A DNA stretch of 64,000 bases. Origin: Rubripirellula sp. Its GTDB lineage: Bacteria > Planctomycetota > Planctomycetia > Pirellulales > Pirellulaceae. The notes under the pieces are model-generated. The model had not been told where the DNA came from and made no database searches. It saw nothing but the letters and a program-made list of their open reading frames with translations. Every line of letters starts with the position of its first letter. Positions within the stretch are counted from its first letter, which is position 1. Both the position numbers and the translations under genes were made by a program. This document shows positions 20,632-30,205 of this stretch, piece by piece. The stretch is taken from the NCBI GenBank assembly GCA_965216875.1, contig OZ244207.1, positions 3,648,001-3,712,000 on the forward strand. Reading direction: 5' to 3'.

Positions 20632-21756
20632 TTAACCCCGCGCTGCCGAAGCCGATGCGCCACTATCGATCCCACCTTCGACCGTTTCCTTGACCAGACG
20701 ACGCACGATTTGGCGCGCGTCAACGCCTTCACTTTGTGCTGCAAAGGTCGTGATCATGCGGTGCGTCAACACGGGCTCGGCAACCGCTTCGATGTCTTCG
20801 AGTCGCACCATGTATTGCCCGGCAAGCGCCGCACGTGTCTTGCCACCTAGAATCAAATACTGAACCGCACGCGGACCAGCCCCCCAAGAAACAAGCGGCT
20901 TGAGCCAATCAGGGGCGACGTCTTCGCGGGGACGAGTCTTGCGAACAAGCTTGACCGCAAATTGGTAAATGTGATCCGGCACAGGAACGCGACGCGCCAA
21001 GTGTTGGAACGCCAAGATGTCTTCGGCATGCAACAGCGCGTCGAGTTTGGGCAATTGATCACCCGTCGTTGTTCGCGCGATCTGAATCTCTTCGGCTTCC
21101 GATGGATAGTCGAGCTCGATCAGGAACATGAATCGGTCAAGCTGCGCCTCAGGCAACGGATACGTTCCTTCCTGCTCGACCGGGTTTTGGGTGGCAAGAA
21201 CCAAGAAAGGTTCGTCCAAATCGTACGGCTTGCCGAGCACCGTGACGCGATGCTCTTGCATCGCTTCCAACATGGCAGCTTGGGTCTTTGGTGGAGCTCG
21301 GTTGATCTCGTCGGCCAAAACGATGTTGGCAAACACTGGTCCAGGCACGAACTGAAACTCACGACGTCCCTCGGCCGTGTCTTGCAGGATGTCGGTGCCG
21401 GTGATGTCCATCGGCATCAGGTCGGGTGTGAACTGAACACGCGAAAAATCGAGCGACATCGTTTCGGCGACCTTGCTGACCAAAAGCGTTTTGGCCAAAC
21501 CAGGCACCCCCATCAACAAGGCGTGACCGCGAGCAAACAGACAGATCAATAATTGCTCGATCACCTCCGATTGACCGACAATCACCTTGCCCAATTCTTG
21601 CTTCAGCTTTGCGTGGCACTCCTGCAACCGTTCGATGTGCTGGACATCATCCGAACTGAGCTCTTCAGACGTGCCAGCACTTGCCTGCGAAGGGGAATCA
21701 TTCATCGAACGGGGATGCTCCGAAGTCAACGGGGAAAAACCAGGTGATGGGTCCAC
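20632..21756 (-). CDS. moxR: MoxR family AAA+ ATPase
   Basis: Walker A GVPGLAKT, RVQFTPDLMPMDITG, Walker B VLADEINRAPPKTQAAMLEAM, and ATQNPVEQEGTYPLPEAQLDRF. The true start may be slightly downstream (MNDSPS). Confidence 0.95.
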   Translation of the reverse strand: MDPSPGFSPLTSEHPRSMNDSPSQASAGTSEELSSDDVQHIERLQECHAKLKQELGKVIVGQSEVIEQLLICLFARGHALLMGVPGLAKTLLVSKVAETMSLDFSRVQFTPDLMPMDITGTDILQDTAEGRREFQFVPGPVFANIVLADEINRAPPKTQAAMLEAMQEHRVTVLGKPYDLDEPFLVLATQNPVEQEGTYPLPEAQLDRFMFLIELDYPSEAEEIQIARTTTGDQLPKLDALLHAEDILAFQHLARRVPVPDHIYQFAVKLVRKTRPREDVAPDWLKPLVSWGAGPRAVQYLILGGKTRAALAGQYMVRLEDIEAVAEPVLTHRMITTFAAQSEGVDARQIVRRLVKETVEGGIDSGASASAARG

Positions 21757-21929
21757 TTTCAGTTGTCACGCTTCATGACATTTTGGAATGGACGGAGTAA
21801 CTGAGGCAGAAAACAGACTATCCGTCTGTAGGCGGGAAGGCAAATCTGCCAGCCTCCGGAGGCGGGAGTTTTTTCAGCGTTTCACGGCTATCGGCCGCCA
21901 CCTCACGGCCCGATGGATCGTACTTCCTA

Positions 21930-23171
21930 TCAATCCAACCACTTTAACTCAGCCGCGGACCGGGTGCCGAGCGAGCCCCACAAACCGTAAGGGCTTTCCG
22001 TCGCAGGTGGCGACTTGCTTCCAAGATACACCGTGGCGCTGTTTTCGTCCCCCGCGTCGATACCATCGGTGACAAAATGAATGCTCCCATCGGCAAAACA
22101 GACGTTCACTCCACCCTGATGCCGACTGCTGGCCGTCACCACGCCGGAGGACACTTCAAGATCTTCGCTCAGGGTGATCTCGCGGTTGGGCGCAAGGATC
22201 GTGTTGAACCCCGTGTACAACGGCATTCCATCGGCCCATCGCTGCCCGCGGCCAATACCCTGGCTTGCCTGAAGCACCGTGCCTCCGGCACCCGCCTTCC
22301 AAAACATTGGGCGTTCCATGTCGAGCAGCTCAGCAGACCTCGCCCAAGTCGGCTCGTCTCGAAGGACGTCTTCGCCCGGACCGGCAACGGGATCGGTTCG
22401 CATATCACGATCCCCCAGGTCGGTCGCAATTTCACCGATCATGAAGGTCGATGACAGTCCATCGCTGACGTCACTCAATCGGGTGATCGCGCGAGGAACG
22501 AACATCCCCCGCATCGAGACTTCAATTTGGGCAGCAAGATCGGCATCCACGACAAACCTTCCGGCAACCTCCTTCATCGGCCCCGTCGCCGCTCCGACCA
22601 AACCATCCCCCAAACAAGCTGCGTAGTTCGTTCGCCCCATCGCTGGCAATCCCACCCCCGGATCGCTGGGACAACGCAGCACCGGAATCTCAGTCATCCA
22701 AGGTTCGTATGAGCGGTTGGTCGGACTTGGACCACCAATCACGAACAAATCTTCTTGCGCCGCGTCATCCTCATCAGCCGACTCGCCAAACTCGTCATAG
22801 GGATCCATCCCGTACATCTCGGACATCCCGTACATGGGGCTTTGAGGTTGCCCGATTCTCTCGTGCAAATTCCCTTTGTCCATAAAGGGCAACAACGCAA
22901 CAAAGATGCTCAGGCGACGATCATTATCAAGATCGGCCACCGTGCTCCCATCAGTGCCCGACAACTGAACGGGCAACTGATCAAACACACTGTGGTAGCT
23001 GTGAATCGCCTGCCCCACCTGAAGCAAGTTGTTGCTACAGCTGGTGCGTCGCGCCATTTCGCGCGCCGACTGAACCGCCGGTAGCAACATCCAAATCAAC
23101 ACCATGATGATCAGGATCACCGCAAACAATTCGATCACGGTAAACGCACAGCGGCGCGGCGATGAACTCAT
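21930..23171 (-). CDS. DUF1559 domain prepilin-type N-terminal cleavage/methylation protein
   Basis: AFTVIELFAVILII...LLPAVQSAREMARRTSCSNNL, CPSDP, DGLSST, and SRHQGGVNVCFADGS (H-X9-DG motif). Confidence 0.92.
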   Translation of the reverse strand: MSSSPRRCAFTVIELFAVILIIMVLIWMLLPAVQSAREMARRTSCSNNLLQVGQAIHSYHSVFDQLPVQLSGTDGSTVADLDNDRRLSIFVALLPFMDKGNLHERIGQPQSPMYGMSEMYGMDPYDEFGESADEDDAAQEDLFVIGGPSPTNRSYEPWMTEIPVLRCPSDPGVGLPAMGRTNYAACLGDGLVGAATGPMKEVAGRFVVDADLAAQIEVSMRGMFVPRAITRLSDVSDGLSSTFMIGEIATDLGDRDMRTDPVAGPGEDVLRDEPTWARSAELLDMERPMFWKAGAGGTVLQASQGIGRGQRWADGMPLYTGFNTILAPNREITLSEDLEVSSGVVTASSRHQGGVNVCFADGSIHFVTDGIDAGDENSATVYLGSKSPPATESPYGLWGSLGTRSAAELKWLD

Positions 23172-23318
23172 GAAGGTCCCCGATGGGAGAGGTCGAGAAG
23201 CAGGTCGAGAACAGGACCGGTGCCCCCGACGTTGGCCAGCTTAGCAGAAATCAGCACCAAACAAGACATTGTGTCTCGAATTTTATTCGATTGTTTGGTT
23301 TCGTAGCTAGCTGGCTTC

Positions 23319-23385
23319 GTAGCTACCTTCGCCAGAAGGTGGTTTACCGCTCGCTATCACACCACGCGTTGGCAAGCGTAGCGAC
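23319..23385. repeat. REP-like doublet (GTAGCTAC family)
   Basis: GTAGCTACCTTCGCCAGAAGGTGG ... CCACGCGTTGGCAAGCGTAGCGAC. The same family occurs at 27494-27630, 52278 and 63339. Confidence 0.8.
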
Positions 23386-23421
23386 AGCGAACAAGACCCA
23401 TCGCGGCTCAACGAGACACGG

Positions 23422-24588
23422 CTAGGGGCTGAGCATTTCGGCGGCGACAGCGTCGGCGAAGAGCACGCCTTGATGCGTCAGACGCAATCGGCCCGCCTCG
23501 AACGTCGCATTGCCGAGCCGACAAACCTCGTCGATCGAATCGGCCAGCAAGGTATTGACGTCAACGCCCGTCCGGTCAGCGATCTCGGAGAGGTCGACTC
23601 CTTCCATCATCCGCACTCCAAACGCCGCGAGTTCGCGTGCGTAGCCAACCGGGTCGAGCGATTCGACTTCGGCAACGGGTAAATCCCCCGACTGAATACG
23701 CTTCAAATAAGTCGTCGGACTGCGGTGGTTGGTTTCGCGGCGCCCGTCCACAAACCGGGCCGCCCCCGGGCCTGCAGCGAACCAACCCAACCCTCGCCAA
23801 TACGCTTGGTTGTGCCGACAGCGAAAACCTAGCCGAGCGAAATTGGAGACCTCGTACTGCTCGATTCCCGCCGCTTCCGTCATCGACCGAGCAAGCTGGT
23901 ACATGTCCACTTCAGTCTCTTCTTCGACCGCACAGAGCTGGCCGCGGCGACGCCGACTCCAAAACGACGTTCCTTTTTCGAAGGTTAGCGCGTACGTGGA
24001 GAGGTGTTTGACGGGCAAGTCGATTGCGGTCTGCAAATCTCGGCGCCAGTCGTCAACCGATTCGCCTGGTGCAGCAAAGATCAAATCAAGCGAAACGACA
24101 GGAAGTGTCTCGGCGGCCATCTCAATCGCGGTGGCTGCGTGGGCGCCACTGTGCCCACGTTCAAGCTGTGCGAGCTTTCGGGAATCAAACGATTGAACGC
24201 CAAGACTGATTCGATTGACGCCATGCCCCGCAAGCAGCTGAAGCTTCTCTTGATCAATGTCTTCGGGGTTCGCTTCGACGCTCCATTCACAGTCCGCCGC
24301 AAGTTGAAACCTGCTGGAAACGGTTTCGAGCAATCGATTGAGCTGATGCGGCGGCAGATGGGTTGGCGTTCCGCCGCCAATGAAAACCGAATCGACCTCG
24401 GGACGATCAAGTCGGCTGAGTTCGCTTTCGATCGCATCCACAAACGCATCGATCAGTTCATCTCGTCCGGCGACAACGCTGAAGTTGCAATAACCGCAGC
24501 GATGCCGACAGAACGGAACATGGATGTAGACGGCACGCGGTACGGGCCAAATCGAATCGTCCGCTCGATCGATGTCGTCTACAACCAC
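23422..24588 (-). CDS. hemW: Radical SAM heme chaperone HemW (HemN-like)
   Basis: [16 protein letters not shown] (CxxxCxxC), [21 protein letters not shown] and YEVSNFA...HNQAYW. Confidence 0.9.
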   Translation of the reverse strand: MVVDDIDRADDSIWPVPRAVYIHVPFCRHRCGYCNFSVVAGRDELIDAFVDAIESELSRLDRPEVDSVFIGGGTPTHLPPHQLNRLLETVSSRFQLAADCEWSVEANPEDIDQEKLQLLAGHGVNRISLGVQSFDSRKLAQLERGHSGAHAATAIEMAAETLPVVSLDLIFAAPGESVDDWRRDLQTAIDLPVKHLSTYALTFEKGTSFWSRRRRGQLCAVEEETEVDMYQLARSMTEAAGIEQYEVSNFARLGFRCRHNQAYWRGLGWFAAGPGAARFVDGRRETNHRSPTTYLKRIQSGDLPVAEVESLDPVGYARELAAFGVRMMEGVDLSEIADRTGVDVNTLLADSIDEVCRLGNATFEAGRLRLTHQGVLFADAVAAEMLSP

Positions 24589-25418
24589 AACTTCATACGG
24601 CCGTCGAGCATGTCCGGAAGCGCTTTGTCAACGAAACGCTTGACTTGCGAATCGTTGTACCGCGTGCTCAGGTGCGACGCGATCACGAGTTCGTTTTCGA
24701 ATCGATCGGCTCGCTTGATGTAGTCGTCCACGTGCATGTGACCATGCTTGTGAATCTTTTCCTTGCGATGCTCGGGTGCCACGAAGGTCAATTCACTAAT
24801 CAGGATCTTGGCCTCATAAAACACCGGATTGTCGTCCAGCCCTGGCGGTGACGTGTCGCCGGTGTAGGCAAAAATCGGCACCCGCACCTCGGTCGTTACC
24901 TCTTTGCCAGACAGCTTCAGGTCGCGAATCTGATCACCAGGCAAACCCTGGAATTCTTCCTTGAGCTTGTGGCGACGCTGGTGAACGACAAAGCCGACCG
25001 AATCGATGGTGTGCCGCGTGGGAAGGGCGGTCACAACATGCTCGCGACTGATATCGGTTTCATCTCCAGGAAGCAATCCGATCAATTCGCAGGGCATCGC
25101 ACCGCGATCAAGTTTGCGAAAGGTTTGCAGCATGTTCCACGCCGCATCGACAGCCGAATCGGGCAGATAGATCACCGGAGGATCCATCTTCATCATCCGC
25201 CGCCGCGAAACATACGCCGGAAGTGCAGCGATGTGATCGAGGTGTGCATGCGAGATGAACATCGTGGACGTGCCCATGAAGTCCCAGGGCTGCACGCCGA
25301 CATCGAACAAGAGTTTCAGTTCATTGACGCGCCAGCACGTTTGGACTGCCGCGCGCGAATAGCCCTCGATGGTCAAGCCATCGTGATGGTGGGACAGGAC
25401 GGGAACGTTTTCGATCAT
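24579..25418 (-). CDS. MBL-fold metallo-hydrolase, RNase Z-like
   Basis: ISHAHLDHI (HxHxDH), AYTGDT and ILISELTF. Start set at ATG 25418. Confidence 0.85.
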   Translation of the reverse strand: MIENVPVLSHHHDGLTIEGYSRAAVQTCWRVNELKLLFDVGVQPWDFMGTSTMFISHAHLDHIAALPAYVSRRRMMKMDPPVIYLPDSAVDAAWNMLQTFRKLDRGAMPCELIGLLPGDETDISREHVVTALPTRHTIDSVGFVVHQRRHKLKEEFQGLPGDQIRDLKLSGKEVTTEVRVPIFAYTGDTSPPGLDDNPVFYEAKILISELTFVAPEHRKEKIHKHGHMHVDDYIKRADRFENELVIASHLSTRYNDSQVKRFVDKALPDMLDGRMKLWL

Positions 25419-25512
25419 CTTGATCAATCCGGTGTTATCTCAATTTCCTCTGAAAAACTAACCGAGGATGGGTAAATCGACCAGGAGAGACGGGGGCAAG
25501 GTTCGCGCTGCA

Positions 25513-25654
25513 CCCGTGAGCCGCAGGCGCTAGCCTCGGGCCCTTACTGCCGGCCGTGAGGCCTCGGGCTCTTGCCGCCGGCCGTGAGGCCTAGGGCATT
25601 GCCGCAGTTTTCGAGAAGTGCACGGGCGCAGCCGCTTGCGCGATCGCGGCTCAC
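25513..25654. repeat. REP-like element (GTGAGCCG family) with internal 28-bp duplication
   Basis: Both ends are inverted near-copies of the ends of 211-306. GCCGGCCGTGAGGCCT(C/A)GGGC occurs twice inside. Confidence 0.75.
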
Positions 25655-25663
25655 AGAATCCGC

Positions 25664-26854
25664 CTACGACTCGCTCCAAGCCCTCTCGGCTGCACGCCGG
25701 ACTTCCGCGACGGTCGTTTGGTTCGAAGCGGCCAGTTGCCTCGCGTCGTCGTCTTCGACTTTGAACCGCGATTGGCCGGAGGGCAGCAACACCACCTTTC
25801 CTCGAACCGGCCCGAAATCGGTTTCCACCGTTTCGGCTCGCCGCACTAACTTGTGACGATCAACGGTGTGACGGCGAATGCCAATCGAGGACGAGTGTTC
25901 GAATACGATTTGCTCGAGCAGTCCAACGCGGGTGGCTGGCGAGACCACGGTAAGAACGGTTGCTGCGCGTCCTTTCTTCATCACGCACGGCGATTGAAAC
26001 ACGTCGAGCGCACCGGCCGCCATCAGGCGACTGGCACAATCCGCCATCTGCTCGGCGGTCGAGTCGTCAACGTTCGTTTCGAGCACAACGACGCGGTCTG
26101 ATTCCAACGTCGCCGAACCTCTCGCCGGTTCTTCCGACTCGCCCAATAACACCCGCAGCACATTGGCTTGGCCCTCCAGGTCCTTGTTTCCAGCGCCATA
26201 CCCGACTCCCGAAATGGTCATCGCCGGGACGGGCCCGAACGCTTCGGAAGTTGCTTTCAAGATCGCCGCCCCGGTGGGCGTTGTCAGCTCGGCTTCGACG
26301 TCGCACGGAGCGATTGGAATGCCGCAAAGAATCTCGGCGGTCGCCGGAGCCGGAATCGACACCCGGCCGTGGGCAATGGTGATCGCCCCCGTTCCGGTCG
26401 GAACCGGCGAAGCGACGACCTTTTCGATCCCCAGCTCGGTCATCGCGACAGCAGAACCGACAATGTCGGCGATCGAATCAATCGCTCCGACTTCGTGGAA
26501 ATGCACCTTTTCCAGGGTCGTGCCGTGAACCTTCGCTTCGGCCACAGCGACTTCTTGGAAGATGCGATGAGCCAGATCCTTTGCCGCCGAATCGATCTCA
26601 TTCGACGAATCGATCATGTCCGTGATGTGGTGGAGGTGCCGATGAGCGTGTTCGGGGGGGTGGTCGATTTGCACCGAGATGGCTCGAAACCCACACTTTT
26701 TGACCGTTGACGACGAAATCGAAAGCTCAGGCAGCCCCATCGATCGGACGGCCGATTGGATGGATGCCGCTTCGACGCCGAGGTCGATCAGAGCTCCCAG
26801 GGTCATGTCTCCGCTGATTCCGCTGAGACAGTCAAAATAGGCGACTTTGGTCAT
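25664..26854 (-). CDS. larC: Nickel pincer cofactor biosynthesis protein LarC (nickel insertase)
   Basis: YFDCLSGISGDMTLGALIDLG, HAHRHLHHI, VHFHEVGAIDSIADIVG, ELTTPTGAA, LETNVDD and MKKGR. Confidence 0.93.
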   Translation of the reverse strand: MTKVAYFDCLSGISGDMTLGALIDLGVEAASIQSAVRSMGLPELSISSSTVKKCGFRAISVQIDHPPEHAHRHLHHITDMIDSSNEIDSAAKDLAHRIFQEVAVAEAKVHGTTLEKVHFHEVGAIDSIADIVGSAVAMTELGIEKVVASPVPTGTGAITIAHGRVSIPAPATAEILCGIPIAPCDVEAELTTPTGAAILKATSEAFGPVPAMTISGVGYGAGNKDLEGQANVLRVLLGESEEPARGSATLESDRVVVLETNVDDSTAEQMADCASRLMAAGALDVFQSPCVMKKGRAATVLTVVSPATRVGLLEQIVFEHSSSIGIRRHTVDRHKLVRRAETVETDFGPVRGKVVLLPSGQSRFKVEDDDARQLAASNQTTVAEVRRAAERAWSES

Positions 26855-27042
26855 GTGTCTCCGTCCAAGTCAATTCACTGTGGATGAGGCCCCCAAAGGG
26901 ACGATTTTCCACAAATCACGGGTGGTTTTCGGGGTTCTGGCCAGTTGGCGTTGAAGGATCCAGTTGACTCGCTATACTCCGACCCTTCCAAACCGATCAA
27001 GAAAAAACAAACCTATACGATACGTTCGACGAGATCGATCCG

Positions 27043-27195
27043 ATGAAAGTAGTCAGCAGCATTGGCGCGTTGAAATACCGCCACCCCGATTGCCAAGTCG
27101 TCAAACGACGTGGCCGAATCTACGTGATTTGCAAAAGCAATCCACGTTTCAAAGTCCGCCAGGGCGGAGCGAAGGTCAAAAAGGCCCGCCGCTAG
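27043..27195 (+). CDS. rpmJ: 50S ribosomal protein bL36, type B (zinc-ribbon-lacking); below the ORF-track length cut-off
   Basis: Manual translation [51 protein letters not shown] candidate TTGAAG-N16-TATACT promoter lies at 26951-26978. Confidence 0.95.
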   Translation: MKVVSSIGALKYRHPDCQVVKRRGRIYVICKSNPRFKVRQGGAKVKKARR

Positions 27196-27261
27196 CCTAT
27201 GGCTCAGCCATGGTTAGCCCATGGCTGAACCGGCAATCCAATTGCCGGCCAAAAAACCACG

Positions 27262-27295
27262 ACGGTCGAGCGAAACTATCGCTCGACCGTTTTTT
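27262..27295 (+). terminator. Rho-independent terminator after rpmJ
   Basis: ACGGTCGAGCGA-AACTA-TCGCTCGACCGT followed by a T run. Confidence 0.8.
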
Positions 27296-27312
27296 CATGC
27301 GCGGTCTCCTTT

Positions 27313-27666
27313 GCCGCCCTCGTTACCCCGCTCTGCCGCCCTCCCGCCCTCGTTACCCCGCTCTGCCGCCCTCCCGCCCTCGTTACCCCGCTCCGCGTGG
27401 TAACGCACTCTCGGACGCTCCGCGTCCTCCGCATTGGGCACCAGATGCAGTCGTGGGCGGATGCCCGGCCGCTTACGCGACCGCGGCTCACGACCACGCT
27501 CTGGCGAGCGTAGCTACGAAGACCAAAGCCCGACGCTAGCGCGTTCGGCTCACGTAGCTACCTTCGCCAGAAGGTGGAAGGTGCTGGGAGGCCGTTTTCA
27601 ACCACCCCACGCTCTGGCGAGCGTAGCTACGAAGACCAAAGCCCGACGCTAGCGCGTTCGGCTCAC
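27313..27666. repeat. Composite repeat cluster between rpmJ and tig
   Basis: 30-bp tandem unit GCCGCCCTCCCGCCCTCGTTACCCCGCTCT (~2.5 copies), hairpin CGTTACC...GGTAACG, an exact 60-bp direct repeat at 27494-27553 and 27607-27666, and GTAGCTAC and CGGCTCAC units. Confidence 0.85.
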
Positions 27667-27671
27667 CAAAC

Positions 27672-27704
27672 AAAAAACCTCGCGAATATTCGATTCGCGA
27701 GGTT
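27672..27704 (-). terminator. Rho-independent terminator after tig
   Basis: Stem AACCTCGCGAAT/ATTCGCGAGGTT with a T run on the minus strand. Confidence 0.78.
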
Positions 27705-27737
27705 CCTTGATTTGAGTCATATGAAGACCGATTCAAC

Positions 27738-29231
27738 TCAGTCTTCTTTCTCTTTCTCAGCACCCTTGGGAGTGTTGTCCTCGTACTTGGCTTCGGGAAT
27801 GGCATCCTCTTCCTTGGTCGCCAAGACGCTGTGGTAAATCGCGAACTCTTTGTCTTCGTCGCCAGCTTTGTTTTCGACCTTCTCTTCGGTCACCTTGGCG
27901 GCTTCGACGATCATGTCGATCACTTTTCGTTCGACAATTTGGTTTCGCAGAGCATCCATCTGGCCCTGCTTTTCCAATCGAGCACGAACGCGGCGTTCGG
28001 GCATATCGCTCTGCTCGGCGATCAAGCGAACTTCTTCGTCGTAATCGGCTGGATCGGCATCGACTTCCGATTCCTCGGCGATCTTTTCGAGAATGAAGTG
28101 CTCACGCAGTGCCGACTCGGTGCTTGCTTGCGCGTTTTGCTTTGACGCGTTGACGAATCGACGAATGTTGTCTTCGTCGAAACCGCTGCGACGCAATTCA
28201 AGGACCTTGCGTTCGATTTCACGCATCGTTTGGCGTTTGACCAATTCGGCCGGAAGTTCGAAGTCGGCGCCACCGGCGAGCTTTTCGATTACCGATTGCC
28301 GAAGAGCCTGTTGGGTTCGGTAGTCGGCTTGGCGAGTGAGCGAGTCGCGAACGAAACCACGCAGCTCATCTTCCGATTCGAAATCGCCGAGCTCTTCGAG
28401 GAACTTGTCGGTCAACTCGGGCAGTTCCATCGTTTGTACTTCGACGACGTGGAACGAAGCATCAAGTTCTTTGCCTTGCAATTCTTCGTTGTCGGCGCCT
28501 TCAGCGACTTTGACTTTGCCTTCGCGGGTTTCGCCTTCTTTGACATCCTTCATCAGTTTGCCAAAGTCTTCGCAAACGCCATCGGAAAAGCTCAGACGCT
28601 CGGTCAACGTGACGCGTTCTTCGTCCATTTCCGACAGCTGTTTTCCATCGTGGCTGAAGGTCGCCGTGACCAACAAGCGATCGCCTTCGGAGGCGGGTTG
28701 GTCGGTTGCTTCGAGCGAGCCGTAGCGAGCGAGAACGCGTTCGAGCGATTCTTGAACGTCGTCATCGCTGACTTCTTCAACGGGCTTGGATAGTTCGAGA
28801 CCTTTCCAATCAGGCGTGTCGAATTCGGGACGAACTTCGACCGAGAATTGGTACTTGAAGTCGCCCTCTTCGGGCAATTCGATCGAGTTGTAGTCGAAGT
28901 CGGGTTCGCTGATGGCCGAGAAATCTTCGGCATCGGTCACCTGCGAGAGGCTGTCCATCAACAGCGAGCCTTTGACTTGCTCGACAACACGATCTTTAAA
29001 TTGTTTTTCAACCAGCTTGCGCGGTGCGCGACCACTACGGAAACCTGGCACCTGTGCTTCAGGAACCAATTCGTCGTAGGCGTCTTTCAAATAACGCTGC
29101 ACTTCAGCCTGTGGGATGGTGACGATCACCTGTCGCAAACAGGCAGCTGGGCTCTCGACCTTCACGTCTAGCTCAATCGGCTTTTTCTCTTCAGCGACGT
29201 CGACGTTTTCGGTGTCAGTGGAGGTGGACAT
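27738..29231 (-). CDS. tig: Trigger factor
   Basis: Ribosome-binding signature VPGFRSGRAP, FKBP-like middle domain and helical C-terminal domain. Confidence 0.95.
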   Translation of the reverse strand: MSTSTDTENVDVAEEKKPIELDVKVESPAACLRQVIVTIPQAEVQRYLKDAYDELVPEAQVPGFRSGRAPRKLVEKQFKDRVVEQVKGSLLMDSLSQVTDAEDFSAISEPDFDYNSIELPEEGDFKYQFSVEVRPEFDTPDWKGLELSKPVEEVSDDDVQESLERVLARYGSLEATDQPASEGDRLLVTATFSHDGKQLSEMDEERVTLTERLSFSDGVCEDFGKLMKDVKEGETREGKVKVAEGADNEELQGKELDASFHVVEVQTMELPELTDKFLEELGDFESEDELRGFVRDSLTRQADYRTQQALRQSVIEKLAGGADFELPAELVKRQTMREIERKVLELRRSGFDEDNIRRFVNASKQNAQASTESALREHFILEKIAEESEVDADPADYDEEVRLIAEQSDMPERRVRARLEKQGQMDALRNQIVERKVIDMIVEAAKVTEEKVENKAGDEDKEFAIYHSVLATKEEDAIPEAKYEDNTPKGAEKEKED

Positions 29232-29612
29232 CCTATGAGAGACCTCGGATTTCAGGTTGTCTTGTTAATCGGGGCAGTTGCTTTCCCGGGTCGACCAGCA
29301 CCATCGGCCCATCACGATTGGGTCTTGGAGGCCCACAATGATTGGAGCTGAGGGAGGTCGGGAATGTTGGCCGACCGCTTCCTCGGATGGTCCTGCCCGG
29401 CGGTTCGCCCGGCACAAGCGGGTAAGTCTATCCAAAACGGGCAAAAAACGACAAGCGGGTTGAGGACGCAGAGCGAGCGAATTCGCCAGAAACCGTAAGC
29501 TTCATCATCACGCTCGCGGACACCCTATCGCTCAACCCGTTGCAACTGCTACGACCCAAACCGACAAGTCGTCGTTCTGATCGACCTTCTTGCCGAGAGT
29601 CCAAATCAGGCC

Positions 29613-29640
29613 TTGATGCCAAACCGGCCGAGCCTATAAT
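29613..29640 (+). promoter_or_regulatory. Sigma70-type promoter of tRNA-Gly
   Basis: TTGATG-N16-TATAAT, 20 bp upstream of the tRNA. Confidence 0.6.
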
Positions 29641-29660
29641 TTGCGACTCGTCAACCGAAT

Positions 29661-29733
29661 GCGGCTGTAGCTCAGTTGGCAGAGCATCACGTTGCCAACG
29701 TGATTGTCGTGGGTTCGAATCCCATCAGCCGCT
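29661..29733 (+). tRNA. tRNA-Gly (GCC)
   Basis: GCGGCTGTAGCTCAGTTGGCAGAGCATCACGTTGCCAACGTGATTGTCGTGGGTTCGAATCCCATCAGCCGCT, with anticodon arm TCACG-TTGCCAA-CGTGA. Confidence 0.96.
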
Positions 29734-29741
29734 CTTATTCG

Positions 29742-29776
29742 AAGGGCTGTCCACCATCGTGGGCAGCCCTTTTTTC
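29742..29776 (+). terminator. Rho-independent terminator after tRNA-Gly
   Basis: AAGGGCTGTCCAC-CATC-GTGGGCAGCCCTT followed by a T run. Confidence 0.8.
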
Positions 29777-29937
29777 GTTTCCAAACCGCACGCCTCGAGT
29801 TTCCTGCCTCGGGTTTCCAATCGAGAACAGCACTCCGATCGCTGCGGCGCAAACGCGCTGCCCTTTTTCGCTTCTCCCCCATCGGGGGACATCAAAAAAA
29901 CTTGCGAGGCTCGGCAGAGCGTTGGCCGGTTTCACGA

Positions 29938-30006
29938 CGTCTGTGGCAGAAGCCCAAAACCGTCTGTGGCAAAAGCCTGGAACCATCTGTCGCAGAAGCC
30001 AAGAAC
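29938..30006. repeat. Three imperfect 23-bp tandem repeats
   Basis: CGTCTGTGGCAGAAGCCCAAAAC / CGTCTGTGGCAAAAGCCTGGAAC / CATCTGTCGCAGAAGCCAAGAAC. Confidence 0.75.
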
Positions 30007-30205
30007 CCGACCGACGGTATCCGCTAAGTCTACCCACGGTATGCATTGGGGCATGGTTTCCTTTACAAATGCTTCTTGCCCGAGGGTGCCTTTGTGGGCT
30101 ACCCTTCGTGCCTTGCAGGGCATCACCCCTGCCACAATTGACTCGAGTCTTTGCTGCTGATCGCTGACAAAGCTCTGCCCCATTCCTCAAAGCGTCTGAC
30201 AAACT

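Noticed and set aside
26964..27539. 191-aa ORF with PRYPALPPSR repeats
   Set aside because: It overlaps rpmJ out of frame and reads through a terminator and DNA repeats.
27313..27666. CRISPR array, also considered for 29938-30006 and 48773-48826
   Set aside because: There is no regular repeat-unique spacer periodicity, at most 2-3 units, and no cas genes. The units match dispersed REP-like or tandem repeats.
4075..29733. tRNA-anchored genomic island or prophage
   Set aside because: I saw no integrase, no duplicated tRNA 3' end and no phage genes, and the flanks are housekeeping genes.
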